DNA of 64,000 bases from Candidatus Dormiibacterota bacterium (GTDB lineage: Bacteria; Chloroflexota; Dormibacteria; Aeolococcales; Aeolococcaceae), in contig CAVPXI010000006.1 of assembly GCA_963709585.1 (NCBI GenBank), forward strand, positions 192,001 through 256,000. The letters run 5' to 3'. The position numbers and the translations under genes were made by a program. Below are positions 54,254-64,000 of this stretch, piece by piece. Below the pieces are notes generated by a model. It saw nothing but the letters and a program-made list of their open reading frames with translations, searched no databases and was not told the DNA's origin. The stretch's first letter is position 1; every line of letters starts with the position of its first letter.

Positions 54254-55036
54254 TCAGGCCGCGATCCGTCCCCACAGCAGGATCCGCTTGAACGGGTAGA
54301 AGTACGGCCGCTGATCGCCGAGTGCCGCGTTCAACTGCTCGCGGTAGCGTGCGACGAACTCCGCGTACATCGCCTCCGGCATGCGCGACTCGTAATCGGT
54401 CAGGAGCGTGCCGCGGACCCACTCCACGACGGCATCGGGCGACTCGAGCACGTGGCCGTACACCTGCAGGCGAACCGATTGCGCGACGAACCCGAGCTCG
54501 TGGAGCAGCGCCGCATACTCCTCGGGCCGCAGCACCGCGAACGTCCGAACATATCCCCGCATCGCGCCGGTGAACGGCTGCTCGCGAGCGATCTCGGCCG
54601 CGAGCGTATGGGAGACGTGATCGAAATTGGCGGGCACCTGCACGGCGATCTCGCCACCGGGCACGAGCATCGCCTTCAGGCGCGCAAACAGCGCGGGATG
54701 ATCGCCAACCCACTGCAGCGCAGCGTTGGAGAAGACGACATCAAGGGGCGCGGCCGGCCGCCATTCATTGATGTCGCCGCGCTCGAACGCCAGGCCTTCG
54801 ACCTCGAGCGTGCGCGCGCGCTCGAGCATCGCCTCCGACGAATCGACCCCGAGCGTCTCCTCGGCGCCGAGCTCGCGATGCAGCGCCGCGGTGAGGACGC
54901 CGGTGCCGCATCCGAGGTCGACGATGCGACCAGCCGGGCGCCTGGTGATGAGCGCGACCAGGTCGTGAAAGGGTTGCTCGCGTTCGGCGCGAAAACGCTC
55001 GTATTGCGTGGGGTTCCACGTGTCGCGCGCGGTCAT
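54254..55036 (-). CDS. tam: Trans-aconitate 2-methyltransferase-like SAM methyltransferase
   Basis: WNPTQYERF, DLGCGTG, FSNAALQWV, QVPAN, WVRGT, YPFKRI. Confidence 0.85.
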   Translation of the reverse strand: MTARDTWNPTQYERFRAEREQPFHDLVALITRRPAGRIVDLGCGTGVLTAALHRELGAEETLGVDSSEAMLERARTLEVEGLAFERGDINEWRPAAPLDVVFSNAALQWVGDHPALFARLKAMLVPGGEIAVQVPANFDHVSHTLAAEIAREQPFTGAMRGYVRTFAVLRPEEYAALLHELGFVAQSVRLQVYGHVLESPDAVVEWVRGTLLTDYESRMPEAMYAEFVARYREQLNAALGDQRPYFYPFKRILLWGRIAA

Positions 55037-55099
55037 GCGACGAGCCGCGAGACAGGCATGGAAGTCGTGGGCATCGGCGGACAGGATAGCGTTGCCCCG

Positions 55100-56626
55100 G
55101 TGCGATCCAGAGCGTGGACGGGGCTTGCTATAGGCGTGGCGCTCGGTGCCGCCACCGGGTGCACCGCAACCCCCGCGGCTCCGACCGCCGCTCGGCTCAC
55201 CCCGGGACCGACCGCGACGTCGCTCGCGGCTCCCGCGCCTCCACCCCTCACGCTCCCGCCGGTACGCCCGCTTGTCTTCAGATCGTGTGCAGGCGCTGAT
55301 GGCCTCCAGTGCGCGACGATGACGGTGCCGGTCGACTACGCGGAACCGAGCGGTTCGACGATCGCGATCGCGGTCGCGCGGCTGCCTGCCGTCGCCCGGC
55401 ATTCGAGCGGCTCGATCATCGTGAACCCCGGGGGCCCAGGCGAGTCCGGTATCGACTACCTGGAAGCGGCGGCGAGCCAGTTCGCGGCGCTGCGCGCCTC
55501 CTATGACATCGTCTCGTTCGACCCACGCGGTACGGGCCGGAGCGAGCCGGCACGTTGCCTGACACCGCCGGACCTCGACGCGTATTTCGCGCTCGACCCC
55601 ATCGACACGGCCGCTGCGAATCAGCAGGCCATCGAGACGCTCTCGCAGCGGTTCGCCGCGGGGTGTCTGGCCAGGAACGGCCGGCGGCTGCTGTTCCTCG
55701 GCACTCAGTACGTCGCCCGAGACCTCGAGGAGTTGCGTCGCGCGCTCGGCGAGCCGAAGCTCACCTACCTCGGCTTGAGCTATGGCACCTACCTCGGCGA
55801 GGTGTACGCCTCGCTGTACCCGCAGAACGTGCGCGCGATGGTGCTCGACGGCGTCGTGAACCCAGCCCTCCCGCTCCTGACAGAGGGCGAACAGCAGGCC
55901 ACGGCGTTCGAGCGCGACCTCCGCGACTTCGAATCGGGGTGCGCACGGGGCTGCGGGTTCTCGGTATCGCCCGGCTCGACGATCGCCCAGGTGCTGGCCA
56001 AGGCTGCCGCGGATCCCCTGCAGGCGAACGGGCGGTCGCTCACCCGTGGTGAGGCGCTCACCGGCATCATCACCTACCTCTACGAGCCTGCCGAAGATCG
56101 CAACCCGGAACGCGCTCTCGCGAACGCGCTGACCCAGGCAGCGGGTGGCAACGCGGACCTGCTGCTCCGCTCCGCCGACAACTACGCGGGCCGGCTCGCC
56201 AACGGCACGTACTCCCCGGTCGCCGAGGCAAACGCATCGATTGCGTGCGCGGACAAGCCGGTTCCCACGACGCCTGCCACGTACGTGACCGAGGCAGAGC
56301 GAATGAACACCGTCGATCCGCGTTTCGGCGCCGATGTGGTGTGGGGCCTCCTCGTCTGCGCGTACTGGCCCTTCCAACCGCCGCCCTCCAGTTTCCACAC
56401 AGTCGGCACGGTGCCGCTGCTGCTGGTCGGCGCCACCGGCGACCCCGCGACACCGTACGCGTGGGCGAGCGGCACCCTGCCGTATTTCCCGGGATCGGTG
56501 CTCCTGACCCGCGACGGTGATGGGCATGTGTCCTTCGGCAAGAGTCGATGCGCCGGCGCATACGAGGCCGCGTACCTCACGCGCCTCGTGCTGCCGCCAC
56601 CCGACGCGGTATGTCCGACGGACTGA
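55100..56626 (+). CDS. Alpha/beta hydrolase lipoprotein (TAP/Hip1-like peptidase)
   Basis: Lipobox AATGC; NPGGPGESG, FDPRG, GLSYGT, GDPATP, DGH. Confidence 0.88.
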   Translation: MRSRAWTGLAIGVALGAATGCTATPAAPTAARLTPGPTATSLAAPAPPPLTLPPVRPLVFRSCAGADGLQCATMTVPVDYAEPSGSTIAIAVARLPAVARHSSGSIIVNPGGPGESGIDYLEAAASQFAALRASYDIVSFDPRGTGRSEPARCLTPPDLDAYFALDPIDTAAANQQAIETLSQRFAAGCLARNGRRLLFLGTQYVARDLEELRRALGEPKLTYLGLSYGTYLGEVYASLYPQNVRAMVLDGVVNPALPLLTEGEQQATAFERDLRDFESGCARGCGFSVSPGSTIAQVLAKAAADPLQANGRSLTRGEALTGIITYLYEPAEDRNPERALANALTQAAGGNADLLLRSADNYAGRLANGTYSPVAEANASIACADKPVPTTPATYVTEAERMNTVDPRFGADVVWGLLVCAYWPFQPPPSSFHTVGTVPLLLVGATGDPATPYAWASGTLPYFPGSVLLTRDGDGHVSFGKSRCAGAYEAAYLTRLVLPPPDAVCPTD

Positions 56627-57939
56627 CGCCCGAGCCGGGTATTCCCGACCCGGGGCTGATCCCCGAAGGCGGCCCGAAGACCGCGCCGATGCGCCGGCCG
56701 ATCGCGACCCGAGCCTTTCGTTCGCTCGCGGTCGACGCGCGGTCGCTGCGCGAGTCGCGACCGTTTCGCCGGCTCTGGGTCGGCCAGCTCATCTCCCTGG
56801 TCGGTCGCCAGATCACCCTGGTCGCGGTGCCGTTCCAGGTCTACTCGCTGACTCGCTCCGCGCTGGATGTCGGCCTGCTCGGCATCGTCCAGGCGGTGCC
56901 GCTGATCTGCGGCTCGCTCGGTGGCGGAGCGATCGCCGATCGATTCGACCGCCGTCGCGTCCTGATCGTGACCCAGCTCGGCCTCGCCTCGTGCTCCGGG
57001 CTGCTCGCCCTCGGGGCGTTCATCGGCAATCCACCGCTCCTGGAGATCTACGCGGTCGTGGCGGTGGCGGCGCTGGTCGGGGCCGTCGACGCTCCGACGC
57101 GCACCGCGATCATTCCGAACCTCGTCGGCGTGGACCGGCTGGCCGGAGCGCTCTCGCTCAACATCGTGCTGTTTCAGACCACTTTGGTTGCCGGCCCGGC
57201 GATCGGCGGGCTGGTGATCGCTCACCTGGGTCTTCCGGCAGCGTATGCCGTCGACGTGGTCACGTTCAGCGCGGCGCTCACCGCGGTGGCGCTGCTCCCA
57301 CCACAGGGTCGCTCGTCGTCGGAGCGTGAACGTCCGGTGGCGGCCATCCTGCGCGGCCTGAGCTTCGCGCGCCGCCAGCCGGTGATCCTCGGCGGGTTCG
57401 CGATGGATCTTGCCGCGATGATCTTCGGCCTCCCGCGCGCGGTGTTCCCGGTGCTCGCGGCGACCACGTTCCACGCCGGTCCGCAGGGTCTCGGTCTGCT
57501 CTACGCAGCCCCAGGATTGGGAGCGGTGATCGCCGCACTGGCGAGCGGGGCGGTGGCTCGGTCGAAGCAACTCGGGCGCATCATCGTGATCGCGATCGTG
57601 GCCTGGGGCCTGGTCATCATCGCCTTCGGATTCGCGCAGACGCTGTGGGTCGCGCTGCTGCTGCTCGCCGTCGCCGGTGGCGCGGACAGCCTCAGTGCGG
57701 TCTGCCGGACGACGATCATGCAAAGGATCGCTCCCGACGAACTGCGCGGCCGGCTGACCTCGCTGTATTTCATGGTGGTCGCCGGAGGTCCGTACATCGG
57801 TGACGTCGAGACCGGCATCGTGGCGAACGCCCTCGGCGCCGAGGTTGCGATCGTCACCGGCGGAGCCCTGTGCCTCGTCGGGCTCGGCGCGGCGGCGGTC
57901 GCGTTCCCGTCGGTGTGGCGCTATCGGACCGACGCCTGA
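56611..57939 (+). CDS. MFS transporter (EntS-like)
   Basis: [29 protein letters not shown]; about 12 TM segments. Confidence 0.92.
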   Translation: MSDGLTPEPGIPDPGLIPEGGPKTAPMRRPIATRAFRSLAVDARSLRESRPFRRLWVGQLISLVGRQITLVAVPFQVYSLTRSALDVGLLGIVQAVPLICGSLGGGAIADRFDRRRVLIVTQLGLASCSGLLALGAFIGNPPLLEIYAVVAVAALVGAVDAPTRTAIIPNLVGVDRLAGALSLNIVLFQTTLVAGPAIGGLVIAHLGLPAAYAVDVVTFSAALTAVALLPPQGRSSSERERPVAAILRGLSFARRQPVILGGFAMDLAAMIFGLPRAVFPVLAATTFHAGPQGLGLLYAAPGLGAVIAALASGAVARSKQLGRIIVIAIVAWGLVIIAFGFAQTLWVALLLLAVAGGADSLSAVCRTTIMQRIAPDELRGRLTSLYFMVVAGGPYIGDVETGIVANALGAEVAIVTGGALCLVGLGAAAVAFPSVWRYRTDA

Positions 57940-58043
57940 CGGTTGTCCTATCGGTCAGCTCTTCGGCTCGGGCAGGCGAGGGAAAAACGGTCGGCGTAGG
58001 CGGTCCGCCCGGGGTGGGCGGCCCGTGTATCGTCCGAGGCCGC

Positions 58044-59285
58044 ATGCCAAATCCGGATCTGACCGACGTCGGCTCCATGCCGCGCCTTGGCGAGGTTCCG
58101 GCACGGATGCACGCGCAGGTGATCCGACCCGAGCGCTACGGGGATCCTCAGACCGCGTTCGTCGTCGAATCGGTGGCGACGCCGCGTCCGGGGCCCGGGC
58201 AGGTTCTTGTCTACGTGATGGCCGCGGGCGTCAACTACAACAACGTCTGGGCCGCGCTCGGTCGACCGGTCGACGTCGTCGCCGCGCGCCGGAAGGCCGG
58301 TGAGAGCGAGGATTTCCACATCGGCGGCAGCGATGCCTCGGGCATCGTGTGGGCGGTCGGCGAAGGCGTTGACGGCGTTCGGGTCGGCGACCATGTCGTG
58401 GCCCATTGCGGGGTCTGGGACTCCGCCGACCCGTGGATCACCTCCGGCGGTGACCCGATCATCGCGCCGAGCGCGCGGATCTGGGGGTACGAGACCAATT
58501 GGGGGAGCTTCGCCCAGTACACGCTCGTCCAGGCACACCAACTGCTCCCCAAGTCTGCGCACCTGAGTTGGGCCGCAGCGGCTGCGTGCACGCTGGTCGG
58601 CGCGACGGCGTATCGCATGCTCTGCTCCTGGCAGCCCCACACCGTTGCCGAGAACGACGTTGTCCTGATCTGGGGTGGCTCCGGCGGCCTCGGCTCACAG
58701 GCGATCCAGATCGCGAAGGCCAAGGGCGCGATCCCGATCGCGGTGACATCGGGTCCGGAGCGGGGCCGCTACTGCATCGACCTTGGGGCGCGCGGCTTCA
58801 TCGACAGGCGCGAGTTCTCCCACTGGGGCGTGATCCCCGACTGGCGGGACGACGCGGCGTTCGCCACCTGGATGGCGGGCGCCCGAGCGTTCGGCACCGC
58901 CCTGTGGGACGTGCTGGGCGAACGCCGGAATCCGAGGATCGTTTTCGAGCACCCGGGCGAGGACACCATCCCGACATCGATCTTCGTCTGCGACAACGGC
59001 GGCATGGTGGTCATCTGCGCGGGTACGACCGGGTACCACGCGGCGGTCGATCTGCGCTATCTCTGGATGCGGCAGAAGCGGCTCCAGGGCTCGCACTTCG
59101 CCAACGACAACGAGTGTGCCGCGTTCAACGCGATGGTGACCAGCGGCGAGGTCGACCCCTGCCTTTCGAGAACGTTCGCGTTCGATGAGGTCGGTCTCGC
59201 GCATCAGCTGATGCGCGAGAACCGGCACCCGATGGGCAACATGTCGGTGCTGGTCGGCGCGCGCGACGCGGAGCAGCGCGACTGA
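58044..59285 (+). CDS. ccrA: Crotonyl-CoA carboxylase/reductase
   Basis: [67 protein letters not shown]. Confidence 0.93.
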   Translation: MPNPDLTDVGSMPRLGEVPARMHAQVIRPERYGDPQTAFVVESVATPRPGPGQVLVYVMAAGVNYNNVWAALGRPVDVVAARRKAGESEDFHIGGSDASGIVWAVGEGVDGVRVGDHVVAHCGVWDSADPWITSGGDPIIAPSARIWGYETNWGSFAQYTLVQAHQLLPKSAHLSWAAAAACTLVGATAYRMLCSWQPHTVAENDVVLIWGGSGGLGSQAIQIAKAKGAIPIAVTSGPERGRYCIDLGARGFIDRREFSHWGVIPDWRDDAAFATWMAGARAFGTALWDVLGERRNPRIVFEHPGEDTIPTSIFVCDNGGMVVICAGTTGYHAAVDLRYLWMRQKRLQGSHFANDNECAAFNAMVTSGEVDPCLSRTFAFDEVGLAHQLMRENRHPMGNMSVLVGARDAEQRD

Positions 59286-59286
59286 T

Positions 59287-59952
59287 CTATCGCTGCGAGG
59301 CGAGGTACACGAGCGCGGCCTTGACACGACGATGCACGTCCGGCTCTTCGGAGAGGTCGAGCTTCGAGAAGATCGCGTTGATGTGCTTCTCGACGGCGCG
59401 CTCGGTGAGAAACAGCGCCACCGCGATGCCCGCGTTGTTCTTGCCCATCGCAACCTGCTGGAGCACGTCGCGTTCGCGAGGTGTGAGCTGGGCGATCGGC
59501 AAGTCGCGCACCGCACTGCGGGCGGCGACGAGGACCTCGACGACACGCGGGTCGATCACCGATCCACCACGTGCCACCTCACGGACCGCGCCGACAAGCT
59601 GATCGATGTCGGACACACGCTCCTTGAGCAGGTACGCGCGACCGCTCGCGCCCTTCTCGAGCAGCGCCAGCGCGTACTCGGGTTCGGCGAACTGGCTGAG
59701 CACGACAACCCCGACGTCCGGACGCTCGGCGCGGAGGCGCTCTGCGGCGCGCAGACCCTCGTCGGTGCCTGTCGGTGGCATCCGGATATCGGTGATCACG
59801 ACCGCTGGGCTGTGCTCTTCAATCGCTCGCTCGAGTTCGGGAAGGTCGACGCAGGAGGCCACAAGCTCCACCTCGTCGGATGTTTCCAGAAGCTGCCGGA
59901 TGCCCTCTCTGAGCAGGTAATTGTCCTCGGCGAGGACCACGCGGATCGGCAC
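59287..59952 (-). CDS. NarL/LuxR family response regulator
   Basis: LAED, DIRMPP, YLLK; HTH LTPRERDVL...VEKHINAIFSKL. Confidence 0.95.
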   Translation of the reverse strand: MPIRVVLAEDNYLLREGIRQLLETSDEVELVASCVDLPELERAIEEHSPAVVITDIRMPPTGTDEGLRAAERLRAERPDVGVVVLSQFAEPEYALALLEKGASGRAYLLKERVSDIDQLVGAVREVARGGSVIDPRVVEVLVAARSAVRDLPIAQLTPRERDVLQQVAMGKNNAGIAVALFLTERAVEKHINAIFSKLDLSEEPDVHRRVKAALVYLASQR

Positions 59953-60056
59953 ACAGAGAGGATAGGGGTGAGCTGGTGCCGGGTGCCTGCATCACTGGAA
60001 CAGTGAGGCAAGTACGCTTGCCACTTCTCCGCCGCCGGGATACCGTGCGAGATACA

Positions 60057-60440
60057 ATGAGCGTGAGAGTGTTGATCGTCGACGATCAGGCGCCGTTTCG
60101 CGATGTCGCGCGGACGGTTGTCGAGTTGACCGACGGCTTCGAGGTGGTCGGCGAGGTCGAGACGGGCGAGGATTCGGTCACCGTGGCCCGCGATCTCCGT
60201 CCCGACCTCGTGCTCATGGATGTGAACCTTCCGGGCATCAGCGGGCTCGACGCAACCCGGCAGATCCTCGCCGGCGTCGAGGCAAACCGGCCGGTCGTGG
60301 TGCTGGTCCTGTCGACCTACGAGGCCGACGAGTACGCGCCTCGGGCGGCCGAGGCAGGCGCGGCCGGGTTCATCTCCAAATCCGATTTCAGTCCCGACCG
60401 GCTGGCGGAAGCGTGGGCCTCCGCGACGGGAACCGCATAA
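60057..60440 (+). CDS. Stand-alone receiver-domain response regulator
   Basis: LIVDDQ, MDVNLPG, LSTY, FISK; no output domain. Confidence 0.9.
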   Translation: MSVRVLIVDDQAPFRDVARTVVELTDGFEVVGEVETGEDSVTVARDLRPDLVLMDVNLPGISGLDATRQILAGVEANRPVVVLVLSTYEADEYAPRAAEAGAAGFISKSDFSPDRLAEAWASATGTA

Positions 60441-60447
60441 GCCGAGG

Positions 60448-62649
60448 TCAGGCGAGGACAGCCTCGCGCACCGGTGCGGGAAGGTCAGCGCGAACGTGTG
60501 TCCCCGCACCCGGTTGGGAGACCACCTCGACAGTGCCGCCGAGGGCCTCGACACGATCGACCATGTTGGTGAGCCCTGAGCCAGGCTTCACGGTCGTGGT
60601 GTCGAACCCCGATCCGTCGTCGGCAACCTCGAAGGTCAGCGCGCCGGCGGTACCCCGGAGGCGGACCATGACGTGTCGTGCCCCGGCATATTTCTGGACG
60701 TTCTGCAGCGCTTCGAGGACACAGAAGTACACGGCCGCCTCGACGTCCTGTGGATAGCGCTCCACGTCTTCCGCATCGACGGTGATCGGTAACACCGCTT
60801 TGCGCGCCTGCAACTCGAGCGCAACCACCAACCCCTTGTCGGCCAGCAGCGGTGGATAGATTCCGCGTGCGAGGTCGCGCAACGTCTCGAGCACTTCGTC
60901 GGCGTCGGCCTTCAGCTGGGTCACGGCGGCTTTCGCCTGGTCCGGCTTCGAGTCCACCAGCGACTGCGCAAGCCCGAGATTGACCTTGAGCGCGACCAGG
61001 TGTCGCTGTGCTCCGTCGTGCAAGTTGCGTTCGAGACGGCGACGTTCCTCGTCCTGAGCCCGCACCAGCCGCTGGCGCGAGGCGCGCAGTTCGTCGAGGC
61101 GGTCTCGGAGCTCAGCAGCAAGACCCACGTTTCTCAAGACCAACCCTGCCTGGTGCGCGAGGTCGTCGATGAGCTTCTGCTCGGTGGGGGTCACGGGGTC
61201 ACCCCTGCGCTTGACGATGCTCAGCGCGCCGAGCAAGCGGCCCTGATGCTCCACGGGAACTGCGGTCGTCGCGCCCAGGATCTCGGGCAGCGAGCCGGTA
61301 GACATCGGCAGTGGTGCTGGAGACGACGCCTCCGCATCCGGATGCGTCGCTGCAGGATGCAGGGTTGCCGGACCCTTGAGCCACACGGTCGCCGACTGAG
61401 CACCGGTCGCCTCCTGGAGCACACGGGCCATGCGTGGCAAGACCTCGTCCGCTGCATATGCCTCCGCGACCTGGCCCGAGAAAGCGGTGAGCACCTCGTA
61501 TGGGGTGGCGCGATTCCCGTACACGAGCCGGTTGGCAATCTTCTGGACACGCTCACGAACGGGCTGGAACCCAACCGCAACGATGATTGTCGCGACGATC
61601 GACAGCCAGAGATTCGGCTGGCCACCGCTACCAACCAGCGTGCCGATGCCGACCGCGATACCGATGTAGACGGCGGTGATGAATGCCGCAAGGACGCCGT
61701 AGACGAGGGTTCGGCTGATGATGACGTCGATGTCATAGAGGCGGTATTTCAGGACGGCAACACCGATTCCCGTGGGTACTCCCAGCACGGCAACTGACAC
61801 CAGCAATGCGACACCGGTGCCGACCAGTGGACCTGGATTGGTAAAGACCGTGCTGGGAAGGAAGTTGACGAGAAGGATCGTCACCACCAGGAACAGCGCC
61901 GCCGAGGCGACCCACTTGATCTGGTGGCGCGTGTCGGAATCGGCACCACGAAGGCGCAGGAAGACGGCCACGATGACGGCTGCGCTGAACAGGTTCGAGA
62001 GCACGTTCCACAGAGTGCTCAGCGTGTTCACCAGCGGTGCTGAACCGGGAATGGCCAGGACACTCGACGGGGCGGCGACCCCCGGTTGGGAACTCGAAAT
62101 AATGCCCAGCTCTCCGGGAGTCGGATTGATGACAGACAAGACAAGCCCCGACAGTCCCACTCCCAGAACCGCATACATCAGCCAGCGCAACTTCGGCGAA
62201 AGCAGATGGCCGTTGGGAAAGACGAGCAGCATGATGGTGAACAACACCGCCACATTCCCGCCCGGGGCATTCCAGAATGCTGAGAGCAGCAGAATGTAGC
62301 CGCCGAAGCCGTCGTGCGCGTCCAAAAGGACCGAGCCTACAAGCGAAGAGAGCGACCCGAGAGCGAGAACACCAGATCCGCAGATGCACAGCCAGCCCAC
62401 CGGGTTGGCGGGTCTGCGCATTGCGATAACGGCGCCGACGATCGTAAACGAACAAAAAGGGAATACAAAAGCAGCGCTCAGGGCACCCGTCGCCTGAAAC
62501 AATGCCGGCGGGGTGAGCGGAGAGTAGAAAACCACTCCGAAAGCCACGAACATCGCAACGATGACGGCGAGGAGCACCCATGCGGTTGCCGGCCTCGCGA
62601 GCCGTCGCGTGGCCGAAGGTTCCATGCGCGGCGTCGCGATAGCAGACAT
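60448..62649 (-). CDS. Membrane sensor histidine kinase (HisKA_3) with GAF-like domain
   Basis: Multi-TM N-terminus; ERNLHDGAQ, EALQNVQKY, DDGSGF, GSGLTNM. Confidence 0.93.
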   Translation of the reverse strand: MSAIATPRMEPSATRRLARPATAWVLLAVIVAMFVAFGVVFYSPLTPPALFQATGALSAAFVFPFCSFTIVGAVIAMRRPANPVGWLCICGSGVLALGSLSSLVGSVLLDAHDGFGGYILLLSAFWNAPGGNVAVLFTIMLLVFPNGHLLSPKLRWLMYAVLGVGLSGLVLSVINPTPGELGIISSSQPGVAAPSSVLAIPGSAPLVNTLSTLWNVLSNLFSAAVIVAVFLRLRGADSDTRHQIKWVASAALFLVVTILLVNFLPSTVFTNPGPLVGTGVALLVSVAVLGVPTGIGVAVLKYRLYDIDVIISRTLVYGVLAAFITAVYIGIAVGIGTLVGSGGQPNLWLSIVATIIVAVGFQPVRERVQKIANRLVYGNRATPYEVLTAFSGQVAEAYAADEVLPRMARVLQEATGAQSATVWLKGPATLHPAATHPDAEASSPAPLPMSTGSLPEILGATTAVPVEHQGRLLGALSIVKRRGDPVTPTEQKLIDDLAHQAGLVLRNVGLAAELRDRLDELRASRQRLVRAQDEERRRLERNLHDGAQRHLVALKVNLGLAQSLVDSKPDQAKAAVTQLKADADEVLETLRDLARGIYPPLLADKGLVVALELQARKAVLPITVDAEDVERYPQDVEAAVYFCVLEALQNVQKYAGARHVMVRLRGTAGALTFEVADDGSGFDTTTVKPGSGLTNMVDRVEALGGTVEVVSQPGAGTHVRADLPAPVREAVLA

Positions 62650-64000
62650 CAAGCGGCCGCCGGAGACACGACGTCGACGGATAACGTCCCGCTGATGGTA
62701 GTTCCACGGTTCGGGCTTGACGTCAAGTTTAGCGAGCCGCCGAGCGCGTCAAGACGGTCTGCCATATTGACGAGTCCAGCACCCTTCCTCGCGATCGCAG
62801 TGTCGAACCCCACGCCGTCGTCACTGATCTCGAAGGTCAGGCGCTCACGTTGCCCGCGAAGGCGCACTTCGACGTGTGATGCCCGTGCGTACTTCTGCAC
62901 GTTCTGCAAGGCTTCGAGCACGCAGAAGTAGACGGTCGCCTCGACATCCTGCGTGTAACGCTCCACGGCCTCAGCGCGCACACTCACGGAGACGATCGCC
63001 TTGCGCGCCTGCAAGTCCAGCGCCACCACCAGCCCCTTGTCGGCGAGGAGCGGCGGGTAGATCCCGCGCGCCAGGTCACGCAATGTCTCGAGCGCCTCGT
63101 CGGCGTCGCCCTTGAGCTGTTCCAGCGTCGCCATGGCTTTCGGGGGATCGCGACCAAGGAGCATCTCGGCAAGGCCCAGCTTCACCTTGAGCGCGACGAG
63201 GTGTTGCTGAGCGCCGTCGTGCAGGTTGCGTTCGAGCCGGCGGCGTTCGAGGTCCTGCGCCTGCACCAGCCGTTGGCGTGACGCCCTGAGTTCGTCGAGG
63301 CGCACCTGGAGGTCAGCGCTGAGGCCAACGTTCTTGAGCACCAGTCCCGCCTGATGGGCCAGGTCGTCGACGAGCTTCTCTTCGATCGGCGTCAGCGTTT
63401 CGCCGCGACGTTTGGTCACGCTCAGCGCACCGAGCAGTTCCCCTTGGTGGCGCACCTCCACCGCCCTGGTGGCGTCGCCAAGAGCGGGCAGCGTCCCGTT
63501 ATTCATGGGCAACGCTTGGTGGGTGCCCATGCTCTCTGGATGCGTTGCTGCTGGTCGGAGTTCGGTCAAACCTCGCAACCACACGGTCGCTGACTCAGCC
63601 CCGGCCCCTTCTTGGAGCACACGGGCCATACGTGGCAGTACATCGTCCGCTGCATAGGTCTCCGCCACCCGGCCCGAGAACTCGCTGAGTACCTCGTACG
63701 GTGTCGCCCGCCGGCCGTACACCAGCCGGTTCGCCACCTTCTGGACCTGCTCCCGCACCGGCTGGAACCCGATCGCCACGATCGCCGTGGCCAGGATCGA
63801 GAGCGCCAGGTTGGGCTTGCCCCCGCTCCCCACCAGGGTCCCGATCCCCACCGCAATGCCCACGTACACCGCTGTGATGAACACGGCCAGTGAGCCGTAC
63901 ACCAGCGTCCGGCTGATGACAATGTCGATGTCGTAGAGACGGTACTTGAAGATGGCGATCCCGGCCGCGATCGGCACCAGGATGCCGAATCCGATCGCGA
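62649..64000 (-). CDS. Paralogous membrane sensor histidine kinase (5' part outside the window)
   Basis: KYRLYDID, ERNLHDGAQQ, EALQNVQKY, DDGVGF; TGATG overlap with the downstream paralog. Confidence 0.92.
   Translation of the reverse strand, partial: AIGFGILVPIAAGIAIFKYRLYDIDIVISRTLVYGSLAVFITAVYVGIAVGIGTLVGSGGKPNLALSILATAIVAIGFQPVREQVQKVANRLVYGRRATPYEVLSEFSGRVAETYAADDVLPRMARVLQEGAGAESATVWLRGLTELRPAATHPESMGTHQALPMNNGTLPALGDATRAVEVRHQGELLGALSVTKRRGETLTPIEEKLVDDLAHQAGLVLKNVGLSADLQVRLDELRASRQRLVQAQDLERRRLERNLHDGAQQHLVALKVKLGLAEMLLGRDPPKAMATLEQLKGDADEALETLRDLARGIYPPLLADKGLVVALDLQARKAIVSVSVRAEAVERYTQDVEATVYFCVLEALQNVQKYARASHVEVRLRGQRERLTFEISDDGVGFDTAIARKGAGLVNMADRLDALGGSLNLTSSPNRGTTISGTLSVDVVSPAAA

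Overview
High-GC bacterial chromosomal segment. The gene content suggests a Dormibacterota/Chloroflexota- or actinobacteria-like organism, but that is inference only. Most of the window is housekeeping and metabolism: clpB, a MoxR-DUF58-transglutaminase operon, coaE, galU, argS, tRNA-Glu(CTC), a solo groEL with CIRCE, ilvE, pckA, ccrA and tandem sensor kinases. Two accessory blocks stand out. (1) 33.95-41.4 kb is a candidate undescribed cyclic-nucleotide/peptide circuit: a zinc-ribbon/cyclase/STAND/TPR protein flanked by two stand-alone cNMP-binding proteins, a GAF protein coupled to a cytoplasmic S8 protease, a Crp regulator with a CooA-like R-Q recognition helix, and a 62-aa acidic peptide with a twice-repeated D-T-[S/E]-G-H motif. 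CooA-type TGTCG-N6-TGACA boxes sit at class II spacing before the peptide gene and one cNMP-binding gene. (2) 41.4-47.7 kb is a conflict-like block: a PD-(D/E)xK protein, an XRE/nucleotidyltransferase pair, an RloC-like Rad50-zinc hook-HEPN protein with a second HEPN-like gene, and a Mesh1-like HD hydrolase. Seven of the eight clear frame breaks, plus several odd missense codons, fall at GAGTC/GACTC sites (one of the seven less cleanly). This points to methylation-induced basecalling errors rather than real pseudogenes. Many genes look leaderless.
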